This document shows positions 37,458 through 46,735 of a DNA stretch of 64,000 nucleotides, in pieces. Every line of letters starts with the position of its first letter. The stretch's first letter is position 1. Source of the stretch: Candidatus Levyibacteriota bacterium (lineage in GTDB: Bacteria; Patescibacteriota; Microgenomatia; Levybacterales; UBA12049); NCBI GenBank assembly GCA_030651475.1, contig JAUSEW010000027.1, forward strand, positions 41,553 through 105,552, in the 5' to 3' direction. Under the pieces are notes generated by a model. The model was given only the letters and a program-made list of their open reading frames with translations, was not told where the DNA came from and did not search any database. The position numbers and the translations under genes were made by a program.

Positions 37458-39092
37458 ATGAAAATTAACAGACTGATTATCTTTTCGATAATTTTATTTG
37501 CTATTATTTTAGCAACTTATCATCAGCTATTTCAAACTTTCTATCAGCAGGATGAATGGATAGCTTTGGGTCATATAATGACTCAAACATTCCCCAAATA
37601 TTTTGAACAGTTTAGTAAAACAGCTCTCTTAGGTGGTGGAGGAAGACCGTTATCAGTTCCCTTGCAATATTTTTTGTTTAGCAACTTTCCTTTTCAGGCT
37701 GCCCCATTTGTAGTATTTGCTTTAGTGTTCCATTTTCTGAATAGCTTATTGGTCTTTCTTTTGGCTAAAAAAATAACAAGAAATTTCTTAATTGCTTCTA
37801 TTTCAGCTATTTTTTTTGCTACCTCTTCGGTTTCCCATCAGGCAGTGTCTTGGATTGGGGCAAGTCCAACAACCTTGCCTTCAGCCTTTTTTGCCTTGTT
37901 TTCTATTTTACTTTACTTTCATTTTCTGGAAAATGAGAAGCGAAAGTTTTTTTATCTATCTTTATTTTTCGCTTTGATTTCTTTCTTTTTCAAAGAAAGC
38001 GGTATATTTATTTTTATTCTCCTGCCCTTAATTTATAGGATCTATAAGAAGGTCTCTTTTTATAATTCGCTCAAAAAACATTTTGTAATAATAATTTATT
38101 TATGCGTTGCTGTTTTATCAAGAGTTTACGACCTTTTTTTTGTAAATACTGGCTTAACAACAACCTTCGTGACACGAAACAGCAATACGGTAGAAAGGAT
38201 AATCCTGCATTCTTTTGTCTACCCTTTTGAGTCTCTCTCTCAAGTATTTATATTCCCCTCAATTATGTGGAAATTTTCCCATTTTTTTCTTTCCGTTGTT
38301 TTTCCTTTCGTACTGCACAGTCCTTCAGGAGTCCTAGCGACGGAAACAATGGGGGCCGAAGTTATTTCAATAGCGCTTTCCTCTATTATCTTAATTCTCA
38401 TATTTTTAGTTTACAGAAACGATAAGAAAAACAGGAAAATCATTTTGTTTACTTTACTATTTTTCTTCTTAAGTTTTCTTCCCTATGTTTTTCTTGAAAG
38501 AGGAAATGCATATCTTGACTCGCGCTATTTCTATCTTGGTGTTGTTCCCGCATCTATTATTTTCTCTTTGTTGGTTAATTCAATAAAAAATAGATTAAGT
38601 AAAAACTATTTTTTTCCAATTGCGCTTTTGATAATTATATTTTTTTATAGTCAGATAAAATTTATAAATAATGAACTTGGCTATCAAGTAAATCTTGCGA
38701 GGGAAAGGAAAAATTTTCTGATGTCTTTGAAAAAACTTTATCCAGCGGTACCTACAAATTCCGTTTTTTATATAACTGGTAATCGTGACTTTTATGTTCC
38801 CGATCATAAGATTCCTTTTCAACAGGGAATGGGATATACCCTTATGGTTTGGTATTATAAAACCGGAATTATACCAAAAGAATTTATGAATTCCTTTCTC
38901 TGGGATATTAAAGAGGAGGGCTACAGAGAAAAAGAGAATAAAGGATTTGGTTACTATTGGAACCTAGGTCATCTTTCAACTGATTTAAAAAGAAACGAAA
39001 TAAATAAAAATCGAGTCATAGCTCTTTTTTATGACGCTGACAAAGAAAAACTCGTAGATATAACTAAAAGCGTGAGAGAGGAGCTGAAATAG
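37458..39092 (+). CDS. Polytopic membrane protein, GT-C-like. Paralog of the C-terminal half of 56712..59870.
   Basis: YQQDEWIALGHIM DE motif after TM1. About 12 TM helices. Collinear similarity to residues ~560-1052 of the fusion protein (FFKESGIFIFILLPLIY vs LFHELGIMAPFLVILYD). Confidence 0.45.
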   Translation: MKINRLIIFSIILFAIILATYHQLFQTFYQQDEWIALGHIMTQTFPKYFEQFSKTALLGGGGRPLSVPLQYFLFSNFPFQAAPFVVFALVFHFLNSLLVFLLAKKITRNFLIASISAIFFATSSVSHQAVSWIGASPTTLPSAFFALFSILLYFHFLENEKRKFFYLSLFFALISFFFKESGIFIFILLPLIYRIYKKVSFYNSLKKHFVIIIYLCVAVLSRVYDLFFVNTGLTTTFVTRNSNTVERIILHSFVYPFESLSQVFIFPSIMWKFSHFFLSVVFPFVLHSPSGVLATETMGAEVISIALSSIILILIFLVYRNDKKNRKIILFTLLFFFLSFLPYVFLERGNAYLDSRYFYLGVVPASIIFSLLVNSIKNRLSKNYFFPIALLIIIFFYSQIKFINNELGYQVNLARERKNFLMSLKKLYPAVPTNSVFYITGNRDFYVPDHKIPFQQGMGYTLMVWYYKTGIIPKEFMNSFLWDIKEEGYREKENKGFGYYWNLGHLSTDLKRNEINKNRVIALFYDADKEKLVDITKSVREELK

Positions 39093-40165
39093 TGTCAAAA
39101 AAACCTCTAGTTAATATAATTATAGTTACCTACAATCAGTTTAAGTTTATAAGAGAATGTATTAGTTCAGTAATAAATTCGGATTATTCAAATATAAAAA
39201 TATATCTAGTAGATAACAATTCGAATGAAAAAGATTACAAAAAGCTTTACGAAGATTTTAAAAAAAACAGAAAAATTACTTTCTTCAGGTTAAGTGAGAA
39301 TAGAGGTTTCGGAGCGGGGTGCAATTATGTTTTAAAGCTAATAAAAAACGGCTATATAGTTTTTCTAAATGATGACGCCATAGTTACGAAAAATTGGTTA
39401 AATCCAATTATTGACTATATGGAAAATCATCCCGATGTTGGAGCGGCTCAGCCAAAAATTAAAGATATGAAAAGAAAAAAATATTTTCAGCATGCTGGAG
39501 CGGCGGGAGGTTTTATGGATGTTTATGGATATCCTTTCTGCCGAGGGAGAATTTTCTACGACGTCGAGGAGGATAATGGTCAATACGACAACGTAATTGA
39601 CGTTGTATGGTGTTCGGGGAATTGTTTGGTAACTAGATTGGAAGTGCTAAAAAAAGTGGGTTTTTTTGATGAAATATTCTTTATGTATGCGGAAGAAGCG
39701 GATCTATGTTGGAGAATGAATAAAGCAGGTTACAGATTAGTCTTCATTCCTTCGTCTGTTGTTTATCACTATGGCATTGGTGGCCCCAATAGGCAGTCTT
39801 ATAAAAAAATATTCTGGCATCACAGAAATGGCTTAATAATGTTAATGAAAAATTATTCAATAACGGAAATTATAAGATACCTTCCCGTAAGATTTTTTTT
39901 GGACTTTGTAACTTTTTGGTATTATCTTCTCGCAAACAGAATAATGTCAAATGCGCTTGCTTTAGCTGTTGCATATTTGAGCTTTCTTTATTTACTTCCA
40001 AAAGTTACATACGGGAGATTTAAAAAATTCCCACAAAAAAAAATTAACAAAACCCTATCTTATCCACTGTATAACGGTAGTATTGTTTTTGATTATTTTT
40101 TATTGGGTAAGAAAAAATTTACGGATTTAAATAAGATACATATGGAAGATAAAATTTTGCAATGA
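39092..40165 (+). CDS. Glycosyltransferase, GT2 family (WbbL/rhamnosyltransferase-like), GTG start, C-terminal TM helices
   Basis: NIIIVTYNQFKFI...YLVDNNSNE...GFGAGCN...FLNDDAIV motifs. Confidence 0.75.
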   Translation: MSKKPLVNIIIVTYNQFKFIRECISSVINSDYSNIKIYLVDNNSNEKDYKKLYEDFKKNRKITFFRLSENRGFGAGCNYVLKLIKNGYIVFLNDDAIVTKNWLNPIIDYMENHPDVGAAQPKIKDMKRKKYFQHAGAAGGFMDVYGYPFCRGRIFYDVEEDNGQYDNVIDVVWCSGNCLVTRLEVLKKVGFFDEIFFMYAEEADLCWRMNKAGYRLVFIPSSVVYHYGIGGPNRQSYKKIFWHHRNGLIMLMKNYSITEIIRYLPVRFFLDFVTFWYYLLANRIMSNALALAVAYLSFLYLLPKVTYGRFKKFPQKKINKTLSYPLYNGSIVFDYFLLGKKKFTDLNKIHMEDKILQ

Positions 40166-40231
40166 AGATTCCTGGTATTCAGTAAACCACTTTTTTGTCT
40201 TCTTTAGCGATAAAGATTAAGATTACGTTTT

Positions 40232-40870
40232 TCATCTCCTCACCCCTTTTTTATTATAATTATCTATATCGGCTTGTTTAAAAAATTTAACTCCCACATA
40301 ATATTTATTACCTTTATCTACAAAATAACCATAGGAGCGATCTTTAAAAGTACAAGCCCGTAATCTGTATATGGTCTCCTTATCAAATTCCTGAAAGCTA
40401 GTTATTTCTTTTTTCCAATGATAAGTACCTTTTCCAATCTGTGGCTTACTCTCGATTTTACCCATCTTAATTTTTGGCCAGACATCAATGAATAATTTAA
40501 ACATTTCTTTATTGATTCTCTCTTCCAGGTCGCTTGCTATATCCGTAGGATAAACCTTGACCTCCTTTTGGGCGATAACTTCTCCTTTGTCAACCTGTTC
40601 ATTCACATAATGGATTGTTACCCCCGCTGGTGTACCGTCAATTAAAGGCCAAATATGAGTATGCACACCCCTATTGTATGGGAGATAGCCTGGGTGCAGA
40701 TTTATTGTTGGTACCCTTAACTGATCTTTGGTTAATATTTTATCGTAGTATGCCACGATACGAAAATCAGGATCTTTACTGACAATAGTTTCTCCCTGTT
40801 GTTTTAAATAATCTTTAACCTGCTGACCTATTGGTTTGATTGATAAAACTTGAATTTTCATAATGAGCAC
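40232..40870 (-). CDS. Sugar N-formyltransferase (Fmt/PurN/ArnA-N-terminal-domain family)
   Basis: INLHPGYLPYNRGVHTHIWPLIDGTPAGVTIHYVNEQVDKGEVIAQ carries the Asn/His/Asp formyltransferase catalytic signature. No tRNA-binding C-terminal domain (212 aa), as in sugar N-formyltransferases. Confidence 0.7.
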   Translation of the reverse strand: MLIMKIQVLSIKPIGQQVKDYLKQQGETIVSKDPDFRIVAYYDKILTKDQLRVPTINLHPGYLPYNRGVHTHIWPLIDGTPAGVTIHYVNEQVDKGEVIAQKEVKVYPTDIASDLEERINKEMFKLFIDVWPKIKMGKIESKPQIGKGTYHWKKEITSFQEFDKETIYRLRACTFKDRSYGYFVDKGNKYYVGVKFFKQADIDNYNKKGVRR

Positions 40871-41415
40871 AAAATTGATGGTCCCGGTTGGGTCTCTATG
40901 AATTCTAATTTAATACTCCCAAACATCTCCTGAGTATATAGTTTTTTACCTCCCGGAAGATTAACATAGGTATTCCCACTCAATGCTTTTATAATATCTT
41001 TAATTCCATCCACGAATTTACCGTGTGGAATTTCTGATGATAAATAAATAGGCGTCTTAATTTTTAAGACTTGACATATGGCCTTAATAGTTAGATAAAT
41101 ATTATGACTTAATGTATATTTTTGATCCATTATGTCTACAAAAAGGGAATATATATGATAATTAAATCTAGGGGTAAATAGGCGAAACCTTTTTTTATCC
41201 GCCTCAATGTCTTTAAAATAACATTCATTAATTTTGGCATAATCTGAATGTTTTCTTAACCGAAAAGTAAATAGTTTAGGAAAATAATTTCGATTAATCC
41301 AACCGCCTTTTATATATTTAGCGTCATCATATAAAACAAATTTATCAACACTTTTAATGAGCTTAAAAAATCCAGGATACGGAAATAAATAGGGTTGCAT
41401 AACAGCAATTTTCAT
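40858..41415 (-). CDS. WbqC-like family protein (function unknown; recurrently linked to amino-sugar/formyltransferase genes)
   Basis: N-terminus MKIAVMQPYLFPYPGFFKLIKSVDKFVLYDD matches my memory of the WbqC-like family N-terminus. Confidence 0.5.
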   Translation of the reverse strand: MKIAVMQPYLFPYPGFFKLIKSVDKFVLYDDAKYIKGGWINRNYFPKLFTFRLRKHSDYAKINECYFKDIEADKKRFRLFTPRFNYHIYSLFVDIMDQKYTLSHNIYLTIKAICQVLKIKTPIYLSSEIPHGKFVDGIKDIIKALSGNTYVNLPGGKKLYTQEMFGSIKLEFIETQPGPSILCSL

Positions 41416-42077
41416 TATTCACAAACGAAAAAAATACTGGAACATAAATCTGGATATTTCTTGCCCAATTGATAACAACCTTCCATATATTCTGGGGAGA
41501 CAATTTTCCCTAATTGATCTATCTGAAAATTAGCTAAGGCTTTAAAAAAGACCCCTCCTCTATGGACAACCTTCAGTCCTGCTTTTTTAATATCCCGTTC
41601 CATTGTGTCTAACGTATATGTTCTGTAATGCCCATGTTTTATCTCGTCTTTAGTAACTGCTGCATTATGGTCAATTAACCCCATATGAACAGCTATTTGT
41701 CTAGATGGAGCATTGGCGTTGGGACAGGCTATGAATGCTCTGCCTTTGAGATATTCCTTGACTTGTTTTAAAGCCAATACTGCATCCTTAATGTGTTCTA
41801 AGGTATGAACCATCACGATATTATCGTATTTTTCAGGCAATTGAGCCTTTTCAATGGTTGTTTTATAAAACTTAACTTTTACTTCAGGCTCAAATTCAGG
41901 ATCAACGCACGTCACGTTACTAAATCGCATCATCAGTTTTTTAGTCATTACATTTTTCCAACTTCCCACTTCCAATAAATTCCCCTTTTTGAAGAAGGGT
42001 TCGAAAGACCTGATCATATATTCGTGCATCAATGCGTCGAAATTATAGAAGTATAAGCCCGAAACCATATTTCCCAT
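41415..42077 (-). CDS. Class I SAM-dependent methyltransferase
   Basis: GNLLEVGSWKN motif I-like and IVMVHTLEHI motif. Confidence 0.5.
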   Translation of the reverse strand: MGNMVSGLYFYNFDALMHEYMIRSFEPFFKKGNLLEVGSWKNVMTKKLMMRFSNVTCVDPEFEPEVKVKFYKTTIEKAQLPEKYDNIVMVHTLEHIKDAVLALKQVKEYLKGRAFIACPNANAPSRQIAVHMGLIDHNAAVTKDEIKHGHYRTYTLDTMERDIKKAGLKVVHRGGVFFKALANFQIDQLGKIVSPEYMEGCYQLGKKYPDLCSSIFFVCE

Positions 42078-42879
42078 AGGTATTGCCCAAATAAATCATG
42101 TAGTCACCAAACACTGTTGGGTAGTGCTGCATTTCCGAATCCCATCCTTTTTTAGAAAGTGGAATTTTAAAATCAGTCCTAGTCCAGTTTTCTAAGTCAG
42201 TTGAGTATGCGTATCCAATTCTATAGTTGGCCTTATCCCAATCCCTATAAGTAAAATACATGTGGTACTTTCCATCTCTGTAATGGACATCTGGTCCTGC
42301 CTGACACTCGTTTTCTGGTCCTTCAATTAATAGTTTGCCATTAAGAGCAATTTTGTAAACTGGTTTATGGGTGTTTTTGTACTTTAACCACTTTGTACCG
42401 CTTATGTAAAACAAATACCATTTATTATTAAAATGTCTAATCTTTGGTCCACCTTTAAGATATGGCGAATCAATGCTATCTGTTAAAATGGGTCCTTCGC
42501 CAACTTTTGTGAAATGTTCTCCATCTCCTATAGCTTTGCCAATAGCGATGGTAAAAGGGATTGAACCGTGCGGACGTGTCCAACCAGCATAGTACATTAA
42601 ATAATCTTTACCATCTTTGATGACTGACACTGGATAAGTACCATACTCATCAAAGGTTCCAGGCTTACCTAGTGGCAGAAGCGGTCCTTTATTAACCCTT
42701 AGAATCTTCCAATCTTCATCAAAATCAGCATAGCCCGCTACACTTACCGGATCGTTATCTTTTTGGTGTCTGTGGGTAAAATAGACTCTAACAAAACCAT
42801 CCATCTGTATGACAGAAGGGGCTTGAGCATAATCCAAACCATAATCTTGTGGTCTAAAAATTCTCCCTAATTTTTTCAT
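42043..42879 (-). CDS. Five-bladed beta-propeller protein of the GH43/GH32/GH130 superfamily (glycosidase or glycoside-phosphorylase-like)
   Basis: FRPQDY...APSVIQMDGFVRVYFTHR and repeated aromatic/Gly-rich blade-like segments (YLMYYAGW, WYLFYISG, YHMYFTY). The family assignment is tentative. Confidence 0.4.
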   Translation of the reverse strand: MKKLGRIFRPQDYGLDYAQAPSVIQMDGFVRVYFTHRHQKDNDPVSVAGYADFDEDWKILRVNKGPLLPLGKPGTFDEYGTYPVSVIKDGKDYLMYYAGWTRPHGSIPFTIAIGKAIGDGEHFTKVGEGPILTDSIDSPYLKGGPKIRHFNNKWYLFYISGTKWLKYKNTHKPVYKIALNGKLLIEGPENECQAGPDVHYRDGKYHMYFTYRDWDKANYRIGYAYSTDLENWTRTDFKIPLSKKGWDSEMQHYPTVFGDYMIYLGNTYGKYGFGLILL

Positions 42880-43835
42880 GTTGTCACCCCTTTAACAATT
42901 TTAATTATTGAATCCTGTTCCTTATTGGCTAGTTCATAATATAAAGGTAAGCACAAGGCCAGCTTGGCCATATTTTCTGCCAGCGGACAGCTTTGGTTTC
43001 CAAAGATATTGTTTAATGATGGATAAAAGTATCTTCTTGGGAAGATGCCATGCTTATTAAGCGCTTCAATAATCCTTGTGGGATCGGAAGTACACATTAA
43101 AGGATAATAACTCACATCCTTATAATTTGTGCCAAATGCATCATTGTATCTATCAACTAGCTTTTGATACTTTGCAACCACCTTGTCTATATCTTGTAAA
43201 TTACATAGTCCCATTGCCGCGTGGAATTCAGACATTTTAGCGTTTATTCCTACCCCCTGAAAAGCATATTCACTCTTATAGCCAAAATTTCTCATCCATC
43301 TTGCTTTTTCAGCTATTTCATCGTTATTGGTTACAACCGCACCCCCTTCTGCTGTCTGAAATATCTTAGTTGCGTGGAATGAAACGATGGACACATCCCC
43401 ATAATTCATAATTGATTTACCTTTAACTTTGACTGCAAAGGCATGAGAAGCATCGTAAATAACAGGTCTTGCTTTAATCATTTGGGGTATGCCGTAGGTG
43501 TGGGTTACTAAGGCCGGACCCTTGAATTCCTCGTCTAAATCAACAAACTTGGGCGTTATACCTAGCCACATTGGAGCAGAAATAGTTGCAATAAAACTAA
43601 AGGGGGAAACATATATCTCTTTTTTAACATCCAGTGCTTTTAGAGCGATTTCGATTGCCGAAGTGCCATTAGATACACAAACTACGTGTCTTACGCCCCA
43701 ATAGGCTTTTAATTTATTTTCCAACTCCTGAACGAGATTTCCATCATTGGTTAACCAATTAGTCTTCCATATCTTTTTAAGATATTTATTATACTCTATT
43801 AGAGGCGGTAAATAAGTCCTAGAAACAAAGATCAT
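42876..43835 (-). CDS. DegT/DnrJ/EryC1-family PLP-dependent sugar aminotransferase (compact, 319 aa)
   Basis: VSIVSFHATKIFQTAEGGAVVT with Lys present. Confidence 0.75.
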   Translation of the reverse strand: MIFVSRTYLPPLIEYNKYLKKIWKTNWLTNDGNLVQELENKLKAYWGVRHVVCVSNGTSAIEIALKALDVKKEIYVSPFSFIATISAPMWLGITPKFVDLDEEFKGPALVTHTYGIPQMIKARPVIYDASHAFAVKVKGKSIMNYGDVSIVSFHATKIFQTAEGGAVVTNNDEIAEKARWMRNFGYKSEYAFQGVGINAKMSEFHAAMGLCNLQDIDKVVAKYQKLVDRYNDAFGTNYKDVSYYPLMCTSDPTRIIEALNKHGIFPRRYFYPSLNNIFGNQSCPLAENMAKLALCLPLYYELANKEQDSIIKIVKGVTT

Positions 43836-44004
43836 ATTTATCTAAAAAATTTGAAATTCATTCGCTCTTTTATCACACAATCCTAACACACCGATTGTCC
43901 AATTGCAATTCAGTATTTATTAATATTATAATGTGAACTAACATTGCGTCGTAGTTTCGCAATTAAGTTAAAAATAAAAGCCCAAGCAAAATTGTACTAA
44001 TTTT
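43836..44004. promoter_or_regulatory. Largest intergenic gap (169 bp), divergent, with a TATTATAAT element; candidate promoters for the N-formyl-sugar operon (-) and the long + strand operon (44005..63432)
   Basis: attaatattataatgtga read directly. It sits at the head of about 19 kb of co-directional, mostly overlapping genes. Confidence 0.35.
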
Positions 44005-45009
44005 ATGATTAAATGGCCAAAAGTATCACTTGCCCTATTTACCTTAAATGGGGGTGAAGGCGTAAGGAGGTGCTTGGAATCAGTTAGAAAACAAGTATAC
44101 CCAAAAGATAAAATTGAAATTATCGTAATCGATAATAATTCTACAGATGACAGTGTAGACATAGCCAAAAAATATACAAATAAAATAGTTGTAAACAGTA
44201 GGGATGGTTATTTGAATCGAGCAGAGTCGATGAGAATGGCGACTGGCGACTTCGTTTTTATGATACTTGAACAGGATATTGAACTTAGAAGTAAGTATTT
44301 TCTTCAAAAGATGATTAGTCCATTAATTGAAGACGAAAGATTGGTTGCAAGTTTTACAAGGGAGTATCCCAAAAAAGATCAGCCTTGGGTTACAAGATTT
44401 ATCTCTTATAATCCTGCTCAGTGCGATCCCCTTTTCGAATATTTAACACCATCAATTAAAAGCACAATTGTTGAAAAAAAACAAAATTATTTTATCTGTA
44501 AATTTATTGAAGGTAAAATTCCTCCAGTAACGCATATGTTTTTTAGGATTTCTGCTCTTAAAAAATCTGGCGTTTGGAATCAGAAAAGAGATGCCGATCA
44601 CGATACTGTAATAAAACTTATAGAGTATGGATATAATTTATTTGCTTATGTTCCTGATGCAGGCGATTATCATTATCATGCCAAAAATTTAAAAGAACTC
44701 ATCGGGAAAAGAATAAGAAATTTAAATAGACATTATTTTATCTATCATGAAACTACCAAGTATAAATGGGTTGATGTAAACAATAAACAAGAAGTAATAA
44801 AAATGATAATATGGGTTCTTTACGCCAACTCATTAATTTTTCCAGCAATAAGAGGAATTATTAGATTTATAAAATATAAGGATTGGGCATTATTGCTCGA
44901 ACCTGTTATTGCTGTTTCCGTAACAGATGTGCTTATTTGGACATTTCTAAGAAACAAAGCGGGAAGAAAAATAATTATCGATTCACTAAGATCTCTTATG
45001 TTAAAATAA
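44005..45009 (+). CDS. Glycosyltransferase, GT2 family
   Basis: VSLALFTLNGGEG...IEIIVIDNNSTDDS motifs. Confidence 0.65.
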   Translation: MIKWPKVSLALFTLNGGEGVRRCLESVRKQVYPKDKIEIIVIDNNSTDDSVDIAKKYTNKIVVNSRDGYLNRAESMRMATGDFVFMILEQDIELRSKYFLQKMISPLIEDERLVASFTREYPKKDQPWVTRFISYNPAQCDPLFEYLTPSIKSTIVEKKQNYFICKFIEGKIPPVTHMFFRISALKKSGVWNQKRDADHDTVIKLIEYGYNLFAYVPDAGDYHYHAKNLKELIGKRIRNLNRHYFIYHETTKYKWVDVNNKQEVIKMIIWVLYANSLIFPAIRGIIRFIKYKDWALLLEPVIAVSVTDVLIWTFLRNKAGRKIIIDSLRSLMLK

Positions 45010-45010
45010 C

Positions 45011-46735
45011 ATGAAAGTACTAGGGATTCATTTTCAGAGTCATGATACGTCTGTTGCTCTAGTCGAAAATGGCAATATTCTTTACGCCGCTAGCAACGAG
45101 CGTTTTTCAAGAAGAAAAATGGATGCTAATCCTCCTTTGGATGCTTTGAAAGATTGTCTTTCATACTCAAAGACAAAGCCACAAGATATCGATAAGGTTG
45201 TTTTCGTTGGGGATCCGTTTCCGTATTCTTACGTGGGGAGATTAAAAGAATTATCATGGCCATTTATATATACAAAAGGACGTTATCTTTTATGGTGGAG
45301 AAAACCGCATCTTATTTTATGGGAGTTATTTATTGCAACAGGGATTCCTAGCTTTTTATACAGAGAGTTACTTCCACGCATTTTAATTAGGGGAAAACTT
45401 AATGGATTTAAAGGAAAATATTCATATGTGCATCACCATTTTGCTCACATGTATTCTGCTTATTACACATCCGGTTGGAAAGACTGTCTTGTTATGTGCA
45501 GTGAAGGTTCTGGATTTTCTGAAACAATGTCTATCTATCATGTAAGGAAGGGGGAATGGATAAAAGTGGTAGAAAATTATTTACCTCATTCGGCAGGCAA
45601 ATTTTATGAACTGGTTACTGTTATGTTAGGTTTTAATGTATTGAGGCACCCAGGGAAAATCACCGGACTAGCAGCATATGGTAATCCAAACACAGTATAT
45701 AATGCAGTAAAAGATCTTTTATCGGTTAACGGGTTAAAGCTTAAGCTCAATTACGAAAAGTATTTAAAGTGGGGAATTAACTATTCCCTTACGAAGACTT
45801 TACCGAAAGAGTTAAGGGGAAATAGAAGGGAAGATATTGCTGCTGCATTTCAAAAGAGACTTGAAGAATGCATAGTCGAAATTGTCAAAAAAGCAGTAGA
45901 AAAAACCGGAGAAAAGAAGCTTTCGTTTGCGGGTGGGGTGGCGGCCAATGTTAAGCTTAACCAAAGACTGCATGAAGAAGCGGGAATAAATGAAATTTAT
46001 ATACATCAGGCAATGGGGGACGATGGCTTAGCTCTGGGTGCAGCATTACACACAGCGTTTTTAAATGGATTTCAAATAAAGCAATCGGATAATGTTTATT
46101 TCGGACCGGATTTTAGCGAACAAGAAATTAAAAAGAGTTTAAATAAATTTAATTTAAAATTTAGTAAAGAAAATAACATAGAGATAAAAATAGCAAAGCT
46201 TTTAGCAGAAAGTAAAATTGTGGCCAGGTTTAATGGAAGAATGGAATATGGGCCCAGAGCATTGGGCAATAGATCCATTCTTTACAAAACGACAGACAGA
46301 GGGGTTAACAATTGGCTTAATAAACGTCTTAAAAAAAGATCGGATTTTATGCCTTTTGCGCCCGTGACTCTTGATTCGTTCGCAGATAAATGCTTCAAAA
46401 ACCTTAAAGGAGCTGAATATGCTGCTCGATTTATGACAATTACTTTCGATGTCACGTCTTATATGAAAAAGCTTTCCCCTGCTGTTGTTCATGTGGATGG
46501 TACCGCAAGACCGCAGATTATAAGAAGTAAAGATAACCCCAGTTATTATAAACTACTTGAGGAATACTACAAACTAACCGGTATACCGTCTCTTATTAAC
46601 ACAAGTTTCAATATGCATGAAGACCCAATAGTTTGTAGTCCGGATGATGCAATAGAATCATTTTTAAGCGGAAGTCTAGATTATTTGGCAATTGGCAATT
46701 ATTTAGTAAGTTATGAGCAAAATAATAAAAAATAG
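45011..46735 (+). CDS. Carbamoyltransferase (NodU/CmcH/NovN/TobZ family)
   Basis: N-terminus VLGIHFQSHDTSVALVENGNILYAASNERFSRRK is the canonical Carbam_trans_N signature. HHHFAHMYSAYY metal-binding His cluster. About 570 aa, typical for the family. Confidence 0.85.
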   Translation: MKVLGIHFQSHDTSVALVENGNILYAASNERFSRRKMDANPPLDALKDCLSYSKTKPQDIDKVVFVGDPFPYSYVGRLKELSWPFIYTKGRYLLWWRKPHLILWELFIATGIPSFLYRELLPRILIRGKLNGFKGKYSYVHHHFAHMYSAYYTSGWKDCLVMCSEGSGFSETMSIYHVRKGEWIKVVENYLPHSAGKFYELVTVMLGFNVLRHPGKITGLAAYGNPNTVYNAVKDLLSVNGLKLKLNYEKYLKWGINYSLTKTLPKELRGNRREDIAAAFQKRLEECIVEIVKKAVEKTGEKKLSFAGGVAANVKLNQRLHEEAGINEIYIHQAMGDDGLALGAALHTAFLNGFQIKQSDNVYFGPDFSEQEIKKSLNKFNLKFSKENNIEIKIAKLLAESKIVARFNGRMEYGPRALGNRSILYKTTDRGVNNWLNKRLKKRSDFMPFAPVTLDSFADKCFKNLKGAEYAARFMTITFDVTSYMKKLSPAVVHVDGTARPQIIRSKDNPSYYKLLEEYYKLTGIPSLINTSFNMHEDPIVCSPDDAIESFLSGSLDYLAIGNYLVSYEQNNKK

